From assembly GCA_030390025.1 (NCBI GenBank), contig CM059432.1, positions 122,266,001 through 122,330,000 of the forward strand: 64,000 nt of DNA, written 5' to 3'. Under the pieces are notes generated by a model. That model saw nothing but the letters and a program-made list of their open reading frames with translations. It was not told where the DNA came from and ran no database searches. Position numbers and translations under genes: made by a program. This document shows positions 13,761 to 27,384 of the stretch, one piece after another. Origin of the DNA: Squalus acanthias (Eukaryota). Numbering within the stretch: the stretch's first letter is position 1; every line of letters begins with the position of its first letter.

Positions 13761-15530
13761 GGGCCGCGATTTCGCCATCGGAGGTGGGATCGCGGCGGGA
13801 AAGGTCGTTGGCGGGTCCCTGTCCCGCTCCCGCTCCCGGCTCCATCTCGCTCTGTGAAAAGGATTTTACATAGATAGGGCTGGTTAAGCACACCTTGCGA
13901 GGTTCCCGGCCAATTAATAGGAAGCGGGTCTGATGATGTAATTTGATGACTCGTCATCAGCCGGTTTCCTTAAACGGACCATGGCCGCATTCATTTTGAC
14001 AGTTCTGTCATTGTTCTACAGCATTGAGGTGCTGCAAACCCTGACAAGCACTGCACAAAGGTGCACGGCTACACCCAGGCTCCCGCATGACACCCTCCAT
14101 ATTCTTATGGAGGGAGTCACAGCACGCAGGGAGGTTCTCTTCCCTTCCAAGAGCAGGAAGAGACCTCCCCAGGACACCAATGCAGCCTGGTTGCACAATG
14201 CACAGGAGGGCAAAAGCAGGGATATGGTCAGGAGGACCAGGCTGCAGTGGCACAAACCTTTCATTGATCTCAGTAGATCACGAAACATTACTGCAAATCC
14301 ACACCCAACCTCATCCTGCTATGCCACTCATCACATCCCCATCACTCTGCCTTCCCTACCCCTGCACATCCTTACTCACACCAACTTACCTTGCACCTCC
14401 ACCCATCCCTCTCTATCCACATTATCACTTCCCCATCTCAGTAGCCACCACTCACACTCACCCTCATCCTAGTGCAATCATACTAACTAACAACACACAA
14501 GGGTAGGCATTTGGGTGTTTTATGCAATGTTCATGTAAATTTTCTGTTAATGTGTTGTCAAACATTGAAATCTATATTTACAACACTTTACCTTATTGGA
14601 CAGATCTGTGCTCACCTTTGGAAGTGTCTTAGTGAGTTCCAGTGAATGTTGAGATATATCTTCCCCCCCTCCCCCAATGGTGATGAGTGTGAAAGGAATG
14701 GCTTGGACATTGTAGAGATGCTTTATGGTGCTGGTGTGGGGTGGTGTCAACATGGCGCATCATGCGGCAGCCAGGGTGTACAGCGTCAAGTGAAGGAATC
14801 TGGCTATGGTGATGCCATCGCTGGCCTCCCGGGCAACAATGTTGTTGGGTGCTGATCCCCTGTGTCCTGTGCAGCATCAGGTAATTGCGGAGAAGGTTGG
14901 TATTGTTGTTGGTGATGTTGGTGTGCCTGGTGATGTTGGTGTTGGGGCTGATCGTGGACGGATTCAGAGGACCAAGGTGAGATTTTTTTCAAGGGCACCG
15001 ATGTTGCTGGATTAGATGACAGCTGAAGTTGAGATGACAGAAGCGATCTGTCAATGGTGAGAGAGCTTGCTCCAAGGAGGTGACACTGGATAGAGAGTTT
15101 ACTTCAAATACTTCCAAACTGCATACAGCTCAAAAGTGTCTTCCAAGTCCTGAAGGTTCAAGCTTCTGACATTGGAAAGTGACCAGCTGTGAACTGGTAG
15201 CTTTCATACCACTTTTGCAGCTTTCACCTATTCAAAGCAATGGGGAGACATAGAGAACCCGACCTACTTACCTGATGTGATCTCCGAACAACATAAAGCC
15301 TGTTAAAAAAGTGGTAAAATAGAAATAGGCTGGCAAAATAGTAGTTAACAAGCGTTTAACAAACATTAAACTATCTTAAATGCCTCCCCCTGAAATTGCA
15401 GACCCGACACTTTGGAAACTTACATGGAGGTGGGTTCGGAGTGGGTTCCCAACCCGCTGTCAATCATTGCGATTTTGACAGCGGACCCGCCTCCGAACCC
15501 ACCCTTTGAGCGCCGGCAAAATTGCGTCCT
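13761..15530 (+). mobile_element. PIF/Harbinger-derived element with degenerate Myb/SANT-like ORF (13981-~14280)
   Basis: Imperfect TIR GGGCCGCGATTTCGCC / GGCAAAATTGCGTCCT; peptide PRLPHDTLHILMEGVTARREVLFP...RTRLQWHKPFIDLSRS; inverted homologue of 1-1238. Confidence 0.7.
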
Positions 15531-17904
15531 TGGTTTCCACTCGGTATGATGGTCAAGGATACATGGTTTGTTATTTTGATGTTTTGAGGAGCGTTAAGAA
15601 ATGGATACACTTCAATAAAAGACTGTATCATGTTCAATCATATATTTCATGTGAAATAAATCAGTTTTTTGGTTCATGACCAGCCTCATCTTTTTCAATC
15701 CACTTCAGAAAGATAGGAGAAAACATGTGGCATCATCATATCCAGTACACACAAATAGAGGTCTCATTGTTACAATCTCTGGGTTAAGGGGCTCTCCAGT
15801 TAATAGGGGACATGAGGTCTGCTTATGGGAGTGAACAGTGATGCTGAGCTTGGCAGAATATCTAGTGCACACCCAAAATTTATAACTGCACCGAAAATCT
15901 AAATTCCACTCGCATCACTAATCATATGCTTTTTCCAAGCTCCCTTCAGTAGTTCATTCAAACTTCAAATATAACATGTTATTTAAATCCAGATAAAATA
16001 GAGATTTAATAAATCGTTATAAACAAATGAACATTATACGCCTTGGTATGCAATTTCAAACCCCCGGTGGTGTACACTTTAGGAATGTCCTCTTGGGGTT
16101 ATAGGAGCCTGTTCAAGAAAGTGGGCTATGAAAAAATAATAATGTTAAAAGAAATATTAAGCGTAACAGGATAGCCATTCTGTGCGATGTAAGGAGGCGG
16201 TGAAATAAGAGCTATCATTTTGTTTTCACATTAAACAGGAGGTGGGCAGGAATTTGCTGTGAAGGATTCAGCAGGCCTGTCACTTCTGAAGTCCAATCTT
16301 TGTGGCTGTTACTCTTATAGGCGTTTTGAGTACTTTAAATGTAACTAATGAGAGAGTTAAATCTAATAGTGAACCCAAGAAGCTCCAACAGTCAAGCACC
16401 AAACTCCCAACAAGAGTTCAAATTTCACCATTGACTAACACTGCAATATTACCTGCCTTTATTTGAACAAGTGTTATCAATCCTTATCCAAAGCAATAGG
16501 TTAGATCATTATGCAGGACTGGAGCACTGCGGCTCACAGTTAGGGTTGCCACTTTTTTGCAGAGTTAAAAACTGAACATGAGGCAGTTTAGAGTGGGGCT
16601 AGAGGAGGAGGGGGTGGGAGGGGTGGGGGAGGCGGGTGCAGCATGAGCTCCAATGTTTTCTTTGCCGGTGACAAAAAAGGAAAAGAAGTGGACTTCTAGT
16701 TCAAAAAAATGACTTTTGCTCTTGGTTTACCAAAGTTTTCCAGACAACTCACTCAAAAAACCATTCCAAAATTAGACAGATAAAGGCAGCCCTACTCACA
16801 GAGTCCTGGCCAGGGCTAGAGAACTTGACAAGACAAATCCAGCAACACAGATGTGTACGTTCTGTTAGCTGCTAACAAGATTGAGATTGACAGTGACCGT
16901 GAAGAAGTTCATGAACCAGACGGTCCCACCTGCCCAACCGAAGCAGGAATATAGTGGTGAGAGGCAACAGTCCAGACCCAATAGGGAAAAAAATAGGAGA
17001 GATATGTAAATACTAAAATTTCTTTTGAAAGATGAGGCAGTTGAACGGTGACATATTTTGATGGCTTGTCTGCTGTATCATGAATCATGGTACAGTTCTT
17101 AGTGCAGTTTTAATCAGATACTCTAGCATGATTGATCTCTTTCTTGTTAAAGCTTGCAGCTGCAGTAGTCTAAAATCTCACCTATGCAGTATGTACAGAA
17201 TCTCAAACCAATACTTTTGAGGAAGCATATGCAGCTGAGTGTTTTAATATTTGAAAATTAGTTATCAATTAAATGCCATAGTCTAGGGCCGACTTTTGAC
17301 CTCCTTGCCTTCTAGTAACTTTAGCCTCCAGACGATGAAAACCTGGAGTCCACATACATAGATTGCCTCCGTCCAGCTTTCCTTGGGTGCTGCAAAACAC
17401 AAGCCAAACCCATACACAAATTGTTGTTTTTCATGCTTTCTCCATTCATATATAATGACACACGTCCCAAAGTTTGGGTGATCAGTCAGGCACTCCAGGA
17501 GTTCCATTAATACTGTTATGAAGCAGGAACAGCACCCAGGGAAAACTCTCCGGATTTTCTTTCCTATGGCGAAGTGCATGTGGAACAAGTGAAACTTGGT
17601 ACTTCTAACTTTCTCACTGCTTGCTGATGTAATCTTTAGAAATCAGTGCTCCCTGTGCAGAGTTTCCGGTGCCAGGGAGCGCATTGCCGGAATTCAAATG
17701 AGGTGTTCGGCACAGCTGATTTGTGGCCAGCACAATTTAATGTCCATTAAAATTAACTAATGGAAATAAATGAATGAAAAACCAAATCAGGTGCGTCAAC
17801 TTCTGCAATGGAATTCCTGATATGTGCTCCTATTGTGCAAAGCACTGGTCCAGAATTCCTGATATGTACTTCTGTTGTGCAAAGCACCGAGGTGGGAGCA
17901 CTAA

Positions 17905-18325
17905 AAGAAATAAAAAAGACTTGCATTTACACAGCGCCTTTCATGACCTCAGGACGTCCCACAGCACCTTACAGCCAATGAAGTAGAGTCACTGTTATAA
18001 TGTAGGAAATGCAGCAGTCGATTAGCACACAGCAAGCTCCCACAAACCGCAATATGGTAATAATATATAATCTGTTTTTAGTGGTGTTGGTTGAGGGATA
18101 AATATTGGCCAGGACACCAGGGAGAACTCAACTGCTCTTCTTCGAAATAGTGCCATGGGATCTTATAAATCTACCTGAGAGAGCAGACAGGGCCTTGGTC
18201 TAACGTCTCAATCGAAAGACAGCACCTTCAACAGTGCAGCAGTCCCTCAGTACTGCACTGGAGTGTCAGCCTAGATTTTTGTGCTCAAGTCTCTGGAGTG
18301 GGACTTGAACCTTCTGCCACAGCTG
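17905..18325 (-). mobile_element. tRNA-derived DeuSINE-like SINE
   Basis: Reverse complement of 37758-38203 (CAGTGCAGTACTGAGGG, GAAGAAGAGCAG, AAAGACTTGCATTT tail). Confidence 0.75.
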
Positions 18326-18904
18326 ATTAACTCGTAACAGTTACCTCAGTGTTTATTATATAATTTTTTTGCATGGTTGGTGGGATTGTTTCTTTTATTT
18401 ATATGCAGCTTTGTGTATTTGAGAAAGAGGCCTAAACGATATTGGGCCTTGTGCCTCATTTTAATAAGACCGGTGAGATGTGGCCATTTGGCCATTTACC
18501 TTCAACTGACTGCACTCCTTTAAATCCGAGCTGCAGCCCTTTAAAGACTGCTGACACATGGATATGTGTCATCCCCTAATCCCTCACTTTAATGTGCTCC
18601 CGGTGCAATGCTCAATCTAACAAGGGAGCTCACCTTGAATGTTAAATAACGACCAACACAGGACGATTCCGTGGGGTTCGGCTGTTTCCAGATTGTACAA
18701 GTATAAAGCTCACAGCGCACCGATCCCACTGCCTCAGTGGTCAGCACCAGGAATTTTACCCTGTGAATTTATTTTTAATCTTACAGTCACCACTGAGCTG
18801 TCTTGCCACCAGAATTCATAAAACAAAGTAAATGTTTGCGCAGCTGCAAACAAGACAGCACAAGTTCACAAATCGCTGTGATTAATTAGCCATTACCCCC
18901 ACCT

Positions 18905-19325
18905 GTTTTCCTTAGAGCAGAGAAGGCTGAGGGGGGACCTGATTGAGGTGTACAAAATTATGAGGGGCATAGATAGGGTAGATAGAAAGGAACTTTTCCC
19001 CTTAGTAGAGGGGTCAATAACCAGGGGGCATAGTTTCAAGGTAAGGGGCAGGAGGTTTAGAGGGGATTTGAGGAAAAACTTTTTCACCCAGAGGGTGGTT
19101 GGAATCTGGAACTCACTGCCTGAAAGGGTGGTAGAGGCAGGAACCCTCACAACATTCAAGAGGCATTTAGATGAACACTTGGAACGCCATAGCATACAAG
19201 GCTACGGACCAAGTGCTGGAAAATGGGATTAGAATAGACAGGGCTTGATGGCCGGCGTGGACACGCTGGGCCGAAGGGTCTCTTTCTGTGCTGTATAACT
19301 CTATGACTCTGTGACTCTATGACTG
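18905..19325 (+). mobile_element. CR1 LINE 3' end
   Basis: RGDLIEVYKIMRGIDRVD...TRGHSFKV...FFTQRVVGIWNSLP; (ACTCTATG)-type repeat tail. Confidence 0.85.
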
Positions 19326-19327
19326 TT

Positions 19328-20400
19328 GGCAGGAATTTTAACCGGGAGACGGGTTGGGAGTAAGGGGTTAAGAAGCAGTTGGGAAACCCAGGAGAACGGT
19401 TTTCCTGCAAGCCCTGCTGATTCTAACACCAGGGGCTGATTAACATTTCAAAGCTCTGTTTCCCACCCGCAGCCAGCCAGCTGGACAGGCTGGCTGGCTG
19501 CAGGCGGGCGGGTAGGCCTGCGACACCAGGGTGCAGAGAGGATGGAGGGATCGGGTGGGGACCGGGGGGGCTGGTGAGAGAGGATTAGGGCCGGAGCATT
19601 TGGGGGAGTGGAGGGGAAGTGAAGCATGGATTGGGGCCAGAGCATCGGGGCGGGGAGGAAGGGAAGCATCAGGGCCGGAGGATTGTGGGGTGTGGCGCGG
19701 GGAAGTGAAACATTGGGGCTGGAGAATTGTTTTGGGGTGGGGGGGGAGGGAAGCATTGTTGGGACATGCCTGAGAATCATCAGTGGGAGGGAAAGAAGAA
19801 GGATTGGAGGCCTCGTTGGGGGGATCATGGCCTCATTGGGGGGATCGGAGGCCTCATTGGGGGGGAATCAGAGGCCTCATGGGGGGGAGATCGGAGGCCT
19901 CATTGGGGGGGATCGGAGGCCTCATGGGAGGGAATTGGAGGCCTCATTGGGGGGGAAATCGAAGGCCCTGTTGGGGGAGAATTGGAGACCTCGTGGGAGG
20001 GATCAGAGGCCTCATGGGGGGTCTCCAATCGCGGGGGGTGGGTGAGGCAGGGACACTGGATCCAGGAGGCAAGTGTAAAGGCACTTACCTCCTAGATCCG
20101 GCAGTCCTCACCTCACTTTAGCTGGTGGGTTTTCCAAGTCCTGAGAAACCCGACCAGCCAGAGTTAAATTTGAAATGAAAGTTAAATCTGAGGCACGCCA
20201 ACCTCACTGTAATATTTAAATGGGCGAACCGCCTCCTGGGAGCAGGTTGGCTGCCCGCCCCCCGCCCCCCATCCCGCCTCTGTTAAAACCGGAAGTGGGC
20301 GGGTTGGAGGCAGGCTGGGGTCAGGATTGAGTTTTTTTTAACACTTTAACCTCCCACCTGACCCCAACTCAACTGTATTTTGGGGGTTAAAATTCCCCCC
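19328..20400. mobile_element. Harbinger-type MITE with internal G-rich minisatellite
   Basis: GGCAGGAATTTTAAC / GTTAAAATTCCCCC termini; inverted homologue at ~26665-29215. Confidence 0.6.
19800..20020. repeat. G-rich minisatellite (~21-22 bp unit GGGGGGATCGGAGGCCTCATT)
   Basis: About 10 imperfect tandem units visible. Confidence 0.85.
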
Positions 20401-22974
20401 TCCCCGCCCCGTTGTTTCTCTTCTAATTAACTTTTTGGTTTTTAGCTAGGACTTGTCAGAGGCTGTAAAACTCTTAACTCAGTTGCCCCTTCCAGTTCTC
20501 GATAGTATTCTTAAGAGAGACAGAGGGGCCAGTCTTCCTTTGCTCCATCTGACATTAACAGTGAGGTAATGGACTCAAATTAGGGTCGGTACCTATAACA
20601 CCCCGTTAACCCCAACCAAGCGGCCGGGCGCCATTATAAAAGAGACCTACTGCCAGGCGCCCAGATCACCTGCCTGTTCCAGGTAGGAGGACCTTTGTGT
20701 TATGCAAATTGGGATCCTGGTACCCCAATTGGCATTTTAGGCCGGAACTGGTCAGATCGTGCCTTGTGAGGCTCCAAGCGATTCCACAGGCAATGGAGCC
20801 GAAGAGGTTCAGCGGAGGCAAAGTTTGGAATTATTTTTTTTTGCGGGAGAGTTCCTCCGTGCCGCACAGAAATAATTTGGGCCCCCCTGCCTGGGTCCCC
20901 CACTCCGCAATCACCAACCCCTTTCCCGCACTTGCCAAGCTGTCAGCAGGGGCGGCCCAACATTGGCCAGCCTTAATCTGGCAAGCTGCATCTACATCGG
21001 GGGCAGCCGTTCGGCAGCTCGCCGGGGCCGGAAAATCGTGGCCGGCGCCCTGTGCCAGTTGGTTGCCCCAAAGGTCCAAATCGACCCCAGACAGAGAGAG
21101 ATGGTTTGAAGCGTAGCATGTGGCCTGAAGGTGAACTCAGGAATCACTGCGAATAATGCAAAAACGCTGGTGGAGCCTGCATGCTGCTTTATTCGCCTTA
21201 TGTAATTTTGAGGGTAAAAATCGGTCTTTGGCGGTAGCGCAAAATGGGCGATAGCGAATTGGCGGCTCAATTTTCGTAACCGTTGGCTTCAATGGAGAAA
21301 CGGGCTGCTGATTCGCTATCGCCAGTTTCATGCGATCAATTTCACCCCTGTTATTTCTAAACCTGCTGGCCGTGGCGGTTTCTTTTGCTTATGCGTTGGG
21401 ACACATGTCTGGCCATCCTGTGGGAGTAACCAAAGTCTCTAATAAGAGTCTCATGATTATTACAGATCAGAGCAACTGCTGGAAAAAAAATGACCAGAAT
21501 CATTCAAAATGTACATTTGTGGCTAATAATTCTAATGCACAACAAGAACTTTTATATTTGAATATATTAATCCGATTTTATGTCTCCTATTAGCCGCATT
21601 TTATAGCTTCTAATAAAATGGACTCGATGGGTTGTATGATGTAGAGAAGTAAAGTTTTTTTTTAAACTGTCACGCAGTACATTTTAAATTACAAATAAAG
21701 TGATTATGTACACTGATCTGAGGCTTGGTATTTACATTTGTACATAATTAGCACCATCTCCCTGGCTCATAATTAGAACCGCCTCTCTTGAGAAATAAAG
21801 TAATTGCTCATTTTGAAGACTTGACACTTTTTGGATTGAGGAGTGATTAATATATTTATATTGCGAAGCTTGTTCCAATCAGTCATGTTATCAAACTAAT
21901 TCACCATAATTTGTTGTGAATCAACAGTCGCATGGTTCAGTTTAATGTGTTGCAAGCAGTTCAAAGTTGAGGTGCCTAGCGAGAACCGACAGTACACATT
22001 AAACCAGCTCAGCAGCCTGAGCGTACAGCTGTGATTTACCTGTAAAATTCAGCCGATATATCAAAAGGTGCTGCAAGAGATTTTGCCAGTTTTATGGAGA
22101 TTGATGCAAACGACAATTTTTTTTATATTCATAAGCCGTAGATTGGCTATTAAATAAAAAAAGAGCTGTATCAATTAGTGTTTCAGGTTATATTTGGGTA
22201 TACTTAAATCACGGGTGCCTGCAAAGTTGCTGAGCTGCAGGGAACGTTCCATTTGCAGATTGTCTGTGTTCTCAGCTTTATTTTTAAAAAAAAGCATTTG
22301 TATCAGCAGGTAAAGAACTGTAGAAAAGGACAGTCATTTATTTCCCTTGAGCAAACTCAGATTACTAGAAACTGTGCCCCTTGCAGCTCCTGCCTGGAAC
22401 AGTTGTCCCTCGCTTCACTGACAACTGCTGGTGTGGCACAACTCCCTTACATGGGGGTTCTCTCTTCCAGTCATTTCTTGCAAGCGCCATATGTCGGCGG
22501 TGCCATTTCTTGTCGACAATCAGGATGAACGGCAAATGAGTGGCGCTGGGACAAATCCGTTTGATGGGCTCTCCGGGGAGTCCCCCAATCCACTCCTTAA
22601 CTGAGAGCTGCACAAAAATCTGAATTCAGCGAGGACAATCTGAAACCGTCGCCCCTGACTGGCAGGAGCTGCCAGGACATCTCAGTGAAAGAGAGGAACA
22701 GCAAGGGAGGGAAACAAAGAAAGAAAGCGCACAGATGTGGGGAATAGAAAGAACAGAGAAATAGGATGAAGAAAAATAGAAAAGAAAATTGTAGAAGAAG
22801 AGAAAGAAAATGAAGATCACATTTTAAAAATAAATCACAGTATTGTACTGCGTATTATCTTGAAATAATATATTAAATAACGCTGGATCTATTTCAAATG
22901 AGCTTTCGTACAGCAACATGGTCGACAATAATTTCTAAGCTGTGGGTCGCCTGTTCCGCTATTTGTAAATTATT

Positions 22975-23732
22975 GGCCCGTATTTTCCGATGCCTATGGG
23001 TGTGTACGAGCTGTGTACACACCCGCAGGGACATCGGAAATGCCAGTTTCAGGCATGCGAAGCGCATGCGCTGAAAACCGGCATTTCCGATCTGTCAAGA
23101 ATCCTCTTGACAGATCGGACGTCTGCCCAGGAGAAGGGCCTCTGCGGGGGGAGAGTTTCGCTTTCTGCAGAACCTCCGCCCGCTGAAATCACTTATAAAT
23201 CTTACACCAGGCAAAAGCAGGCATACGGCTTGCTTTTACCAGCATAAGAGTTAAAAAAGTAAAAAAAAAAAATTTTTCACTCATTTATAATTTAAAAATA
23301 CTTTTAAAAAAGGTAAGTTTATTTTAGCCCTGTAAAAAACCTTAATTATTTTTTCAAAAAATTAAATTTTTGTTTAAAATATTTAATTTAATGTAATTTT
23401 AACTCATTTTAAAAACGTGGTGGTTTATTTTTAATTTATTTAACGTTTTAGTGACTTTTTTCAGTGATCCCCATTCATACTTTTGACAGGTCTGTCTGTC
23501 AAAAGTATGAAGGGAGATTCCCTTTTTTCATTGGTTCGCCTGGCCCACGTGATCCCAGGAATGTTTGCGAACCACATGCGCCCCTGGGATACATGGGCCC
23601 TTCGCATTTCGACTGTGGAGAGGCCCAGGAGCGGAAGTGTCCAGACCTCGGGAGCCCTCAGGTAAGTGTGTAGATTTTTTTCCGTTAGGAGGCATCTGCA
23701 CGCAGGAAGCCTCCTATCGGAAATTACGGGCC
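22975..23732. mobile_element. Harbinger-type MITE
   Basis: TIR GGCCCGTATTTTCCGAT / ATCGGAAATTACGGGCC (1 mismatch), AT-rich core. Confidence 0.75.
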
Positions 23733-23910
23733 AATGTGTCCAAAGATTTAACAACCAGAGAACAAGTAGCATGAGGTAGGAAAACTCCCGCTGAAGAATT
23801 AGCAGTCAACAAACATATGTCGAGAAGGAGCAAGGAAACCAAGGAAAACATCGAAAATATTTTTAGTTACATAAGAATTCCATATGAAAAAAGACCAAGG
23901 TCCATCTACC

Positions 23911-24080
23911 GCTGGAAACACTCAGCAGGTCAGGCAGCATCTGTGGAGAGAGAAACAGAGTTAACATTTCAAAACGTTAACTCAGTTCCTCTATCAACAG
24001 ATGCTGCCTGACCTGCTGAGTGTTTCCAGCATTTTCTGTTTGCATTTCAGATTTCCAGCATCCGCAGTATTTTGCTTTTC
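23911..24080. repeat. Inverted-repeat element (probable Penelope-derived head-to-head termini)
   Basis: Perfect 34-bp arms 23911-23944 / 23997-24030; similar more diverged hairpin at ~25860-25965. Confidence 0.65.
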
Positions 24081-24246
24081 TGCGAAAGTCCAATAGTTCG
24101 CCTTCTACCATCCTGGTAATCACATGATACAACCATAATGGAGTTGTTGACTAATCACAGCAATCAATCTCTTTATCAATTAGTCTGCAACAGACCCAGA
24201 CATGACAGGAGGAATACCCCAGTGGTGGAGAGCTTTGGAAAACCAT

Positions 24247-26443
24247 GGGGGAAAAATTTGTGTGCGCCAAGAGAGTTGCGGGTGTCCCCGGCAACTTGAG
24301 TTAACGGCCGCTGAAAATGGTCGCAGCACTACCAGTGAAAAATTCACGCTGGGGGCTGGCGATGTGGAACGCAGCGCTAATTTACCGTGCAACGCCCTCC
24401 TGGTGGCATTACTGGAGGCCTCTGACCCCAAGTTCCCGTCCACAGTCGGCGTTGCAGCTTTTTACAGCCTGTGGGAGTGAAGCATTGTGGGCAATTAAAG
24501 GGGTTATGGATTAAAGGGGAAATGCATTCAGAACTAATAAAAATTACAATGCAGTGAAAAAATGTAGCTTTCAGCCCTTACTGGCTTTCAATAAAAAAAT
24601 TTGCATTAAAAAGAAGTTCCAAATGGGATTCTTCAGCACTTAAAGCTGAATTCCCTTCCGAACCTCAAAAAATGGGAAAAGTGCTTCAGCACTAATACAA
24701 ATGGCTCAGCAAGCCAGGGAAGGGGCACGCAGCACTCCAGCTTTGTGCAGGGGGTCACTGCAAGACAGGTCCTCTACCCAGAGGGGTCAGGAGGCCCTCC
24801 AGAAAGGGCGATGTGGGAGTATATCACTAAGGACGTCACTGCCAGCAGTGTCGCCCCCACCATCTGGCTCCAGTGCCCAAAGAAGCTTCATGATCTGAGA
24901 CCACTGGTCAAGGTCAATGAATGTATCTTCAGAAGCTGTCTCCTACCCACTGCATCACTAGCCTCACGCACTTCTCAATGCACAACTCTCCCCCCCACCC
25001 CCCCACCACAATCACTCACCTACCAATAATCTATACCAGTCACGAGGCACATCTCCCATTCCTAGCCTCACCTCAACCCCATGGAGGAGACAGTGCAGGC
25101 CATTCTTGGCAGGGGTATGGTTGAACCCTTGGTCAGCAGCGTAGCTGCAAGGATACAAGATGCTGGTATCCTCATATGTTATCATCCTTCTCGCATGCAC
25201 CTCTTGCTTTCCCGCCCACCCCTCACTACAACTCCACTCTTGTGCCTTCCTCAATTGACACATCCAAGAAATGCAGCCTGCCCCGCCAATGGTTGACCAA
25301 GAAGAGGGAGAGAAGAGTGAAGAAGAAGAAGAAGATGATTGATTTGACACTCCCAGCCACCAGCTCCTCAAGGTTGACCAGCAAGGCCATTTGAAGTGTC
25401 CCCCACTGAAAGTCAGCAGCCTTCCACCAGCTATGCTGCAGCCACTGGGGTAGCACTGCATGACATCAGTAGGATAGGCAAAGGCACACACAAGAGAGTC
25501 AATAAGGGAATGCATAAGAGTAATGAGTTGATTTCTTGATGTCATACTGGATGGATAGATGTATAAAGTTGGATTGGAAAGTTAGCTTTGTGGTGACTTT
25601 TATTTCAGCATTGTGGCCAAGAGGACACTGTGATGGTCAGTGACAGAGGGAAGGTAAAGTGTGGGACTAATGTTGAAAGGGGAATTGGGGTTGTGGTCAC
25701 GGGGACTGCAGGCGGATGATTCCATCCCGGATTTCCGGCCACAAAGGGGCTGTCAGGGATGCAACCTTCCATCTGCTTCCTCCTCTTCTGTTTCCTCCTC
25801 CTCTGTGTCTTCCTCTTCCCTCTGCAAGTGGATGCTGTAAATCTGAAATGACAGCATAAAATGCTGGAAATACTCAGCTGGTCAGGCAGCATCTCGACCT
25901 GAGACTTGAACTCTGTTTCTCTCTCCACGGATGTTGCCAGACCTGTTGAGTATTAGCAGCATTTTCTTCTTCTCAGAGGCCTTCTTTTACCATCCAAGGC
26001 CTTGCAAGCATCCAGCAGCAGTCCCGATACACTTAAAAAACTTTTAACATCTATTGCAGCAAGTCACAACTTCAAAAAATCAAAACGATCCAGTCCAAAC
26101 GTTTAAATGCAAACTTACCTGAAAGATATGTGTGTCCCTTAAAAAGGTGCTGACAGCGCCTCTGTCAGTCTCTTTGCAAGCTGGGTTTCCCTGGTGTGGT
26201 TATGACCCAGCGCTGAACTCAGTGCTCGGGTCGAAGTTGACCATGGTGACATTAAGTCGGCGTGCACGTAACCAATCCGCCATTTTTTTTTGCAGGGCGC
26301 TAATACTTACCAGCAGCACTATGGGGACGTCGAAAATGGAGGACGTTGTGGGACCCGCCAGCAGCTGGTGAAAGAGCGGCAGCCACCACTCTTTTGCCAT
26401 TTTCCGATGGTAACGGTGACGTAAAGCCGCCGAATTTTTCACC
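24247..26443 (+). mobile_element. PIF/Harbinger-derived element with degenerate Myb/SANT exon (~24701-24912)
   Basis: MAQQARE...LYPEG...MWEYITKDVTASSVAPTIWLQCPKKLHDL..VK|GT; termini GGGGAAAAATT / AATTTTTCACC. Confidence 0.6.
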
Positions 26444-26755
26444 AATTGGATCCGAACTTGCTTTTTTCCTCCCGGGTATGCTACACTTACCATATGTTAT
26501 GTCTCAAATTACTCATCCACTGTATCCCAGAATGTTATTTTCTGAAAGAAATCGATCTAATTTGCATTTGAATGAATCAAAACTAACTGCATCCACCATC
26601 TCCCGAGGAAACCTGTTCCATAGATTGACCACTCGCTCAATGAAATAGTGTGCTGAATCTTAATTCCCAAAGACAGGTGGGTTGGGGTTGTGTCAGAGGT
26701 TAAAGTGCAAAAAATTTGGAACAGGAATCGGACCCGCCTCGAACCCACCCACTTC

Positions 26756-27070
26756 ACAGAATCACCGAATCCCCACAGTACAGATAGAGGCCATTTCGGC
26801 CCATCGAGCCTGCACCGACACATATCCCACCCTATCCCCATAACCCCACGTATTTAATCCCCCTAACACTAAGGGTCAATTTATCATAGCCAAATCAACC
26901 TAACCCGCACATCTTTGGACTGTGGGAGGAAACCGGAGCACCCGGAGGAAACCCACGCAGACACAGGGAGAATGTGCAAACTCCACACAGACAGTCACCC
27001 AAGGCCAGATTCGAACCCGGGTCCCTGGTGCTGTGAGGCAACAGTGCTAACCACTATGCCACCGTGTTGC
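26756..27070 (-). mobile_element. V-SINE (HE1-like) tRNA-derived SINE
   Basis: GGAGGAAACCGGAGCACCCGGAGGAAACCCACGCAGACAC core; tRNA head with A/B boxes on minus strand. Confidence 0.8.
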
Positions 27071-27384
27071 CCTTCCGGTTTTAACGGAGGCAGGACGATG
27101 GCCAGGCGACTAATACGCTCGCGGGAAGCGGATTGGTCATTTAAATATTATAATGAGACTGCCTGCCTTTATTTTAACAGTGATTGATCGTATTTTTAAC
27201 CATAGGCGGTCGGTTTTCCCAGGCCTTGAGAAACCCGACAGCTGGAAGCAGGCAAGAAGGGCTGAATCCATGAGGTAAGAGTCTTTTCAACACTGCTTGT
27301 GGGCCAGGAGGAGCAGGATTGTTTCCTCCAGGCCCAACAAGCTAACCTGTAAACACCACCCCGTGATCTGTCTGCTCCCCACCA

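Noticed and set aside
19448..20121. Gly/Pro-rich ORFs
   Set aside because: Derived from G-rich minisatellite
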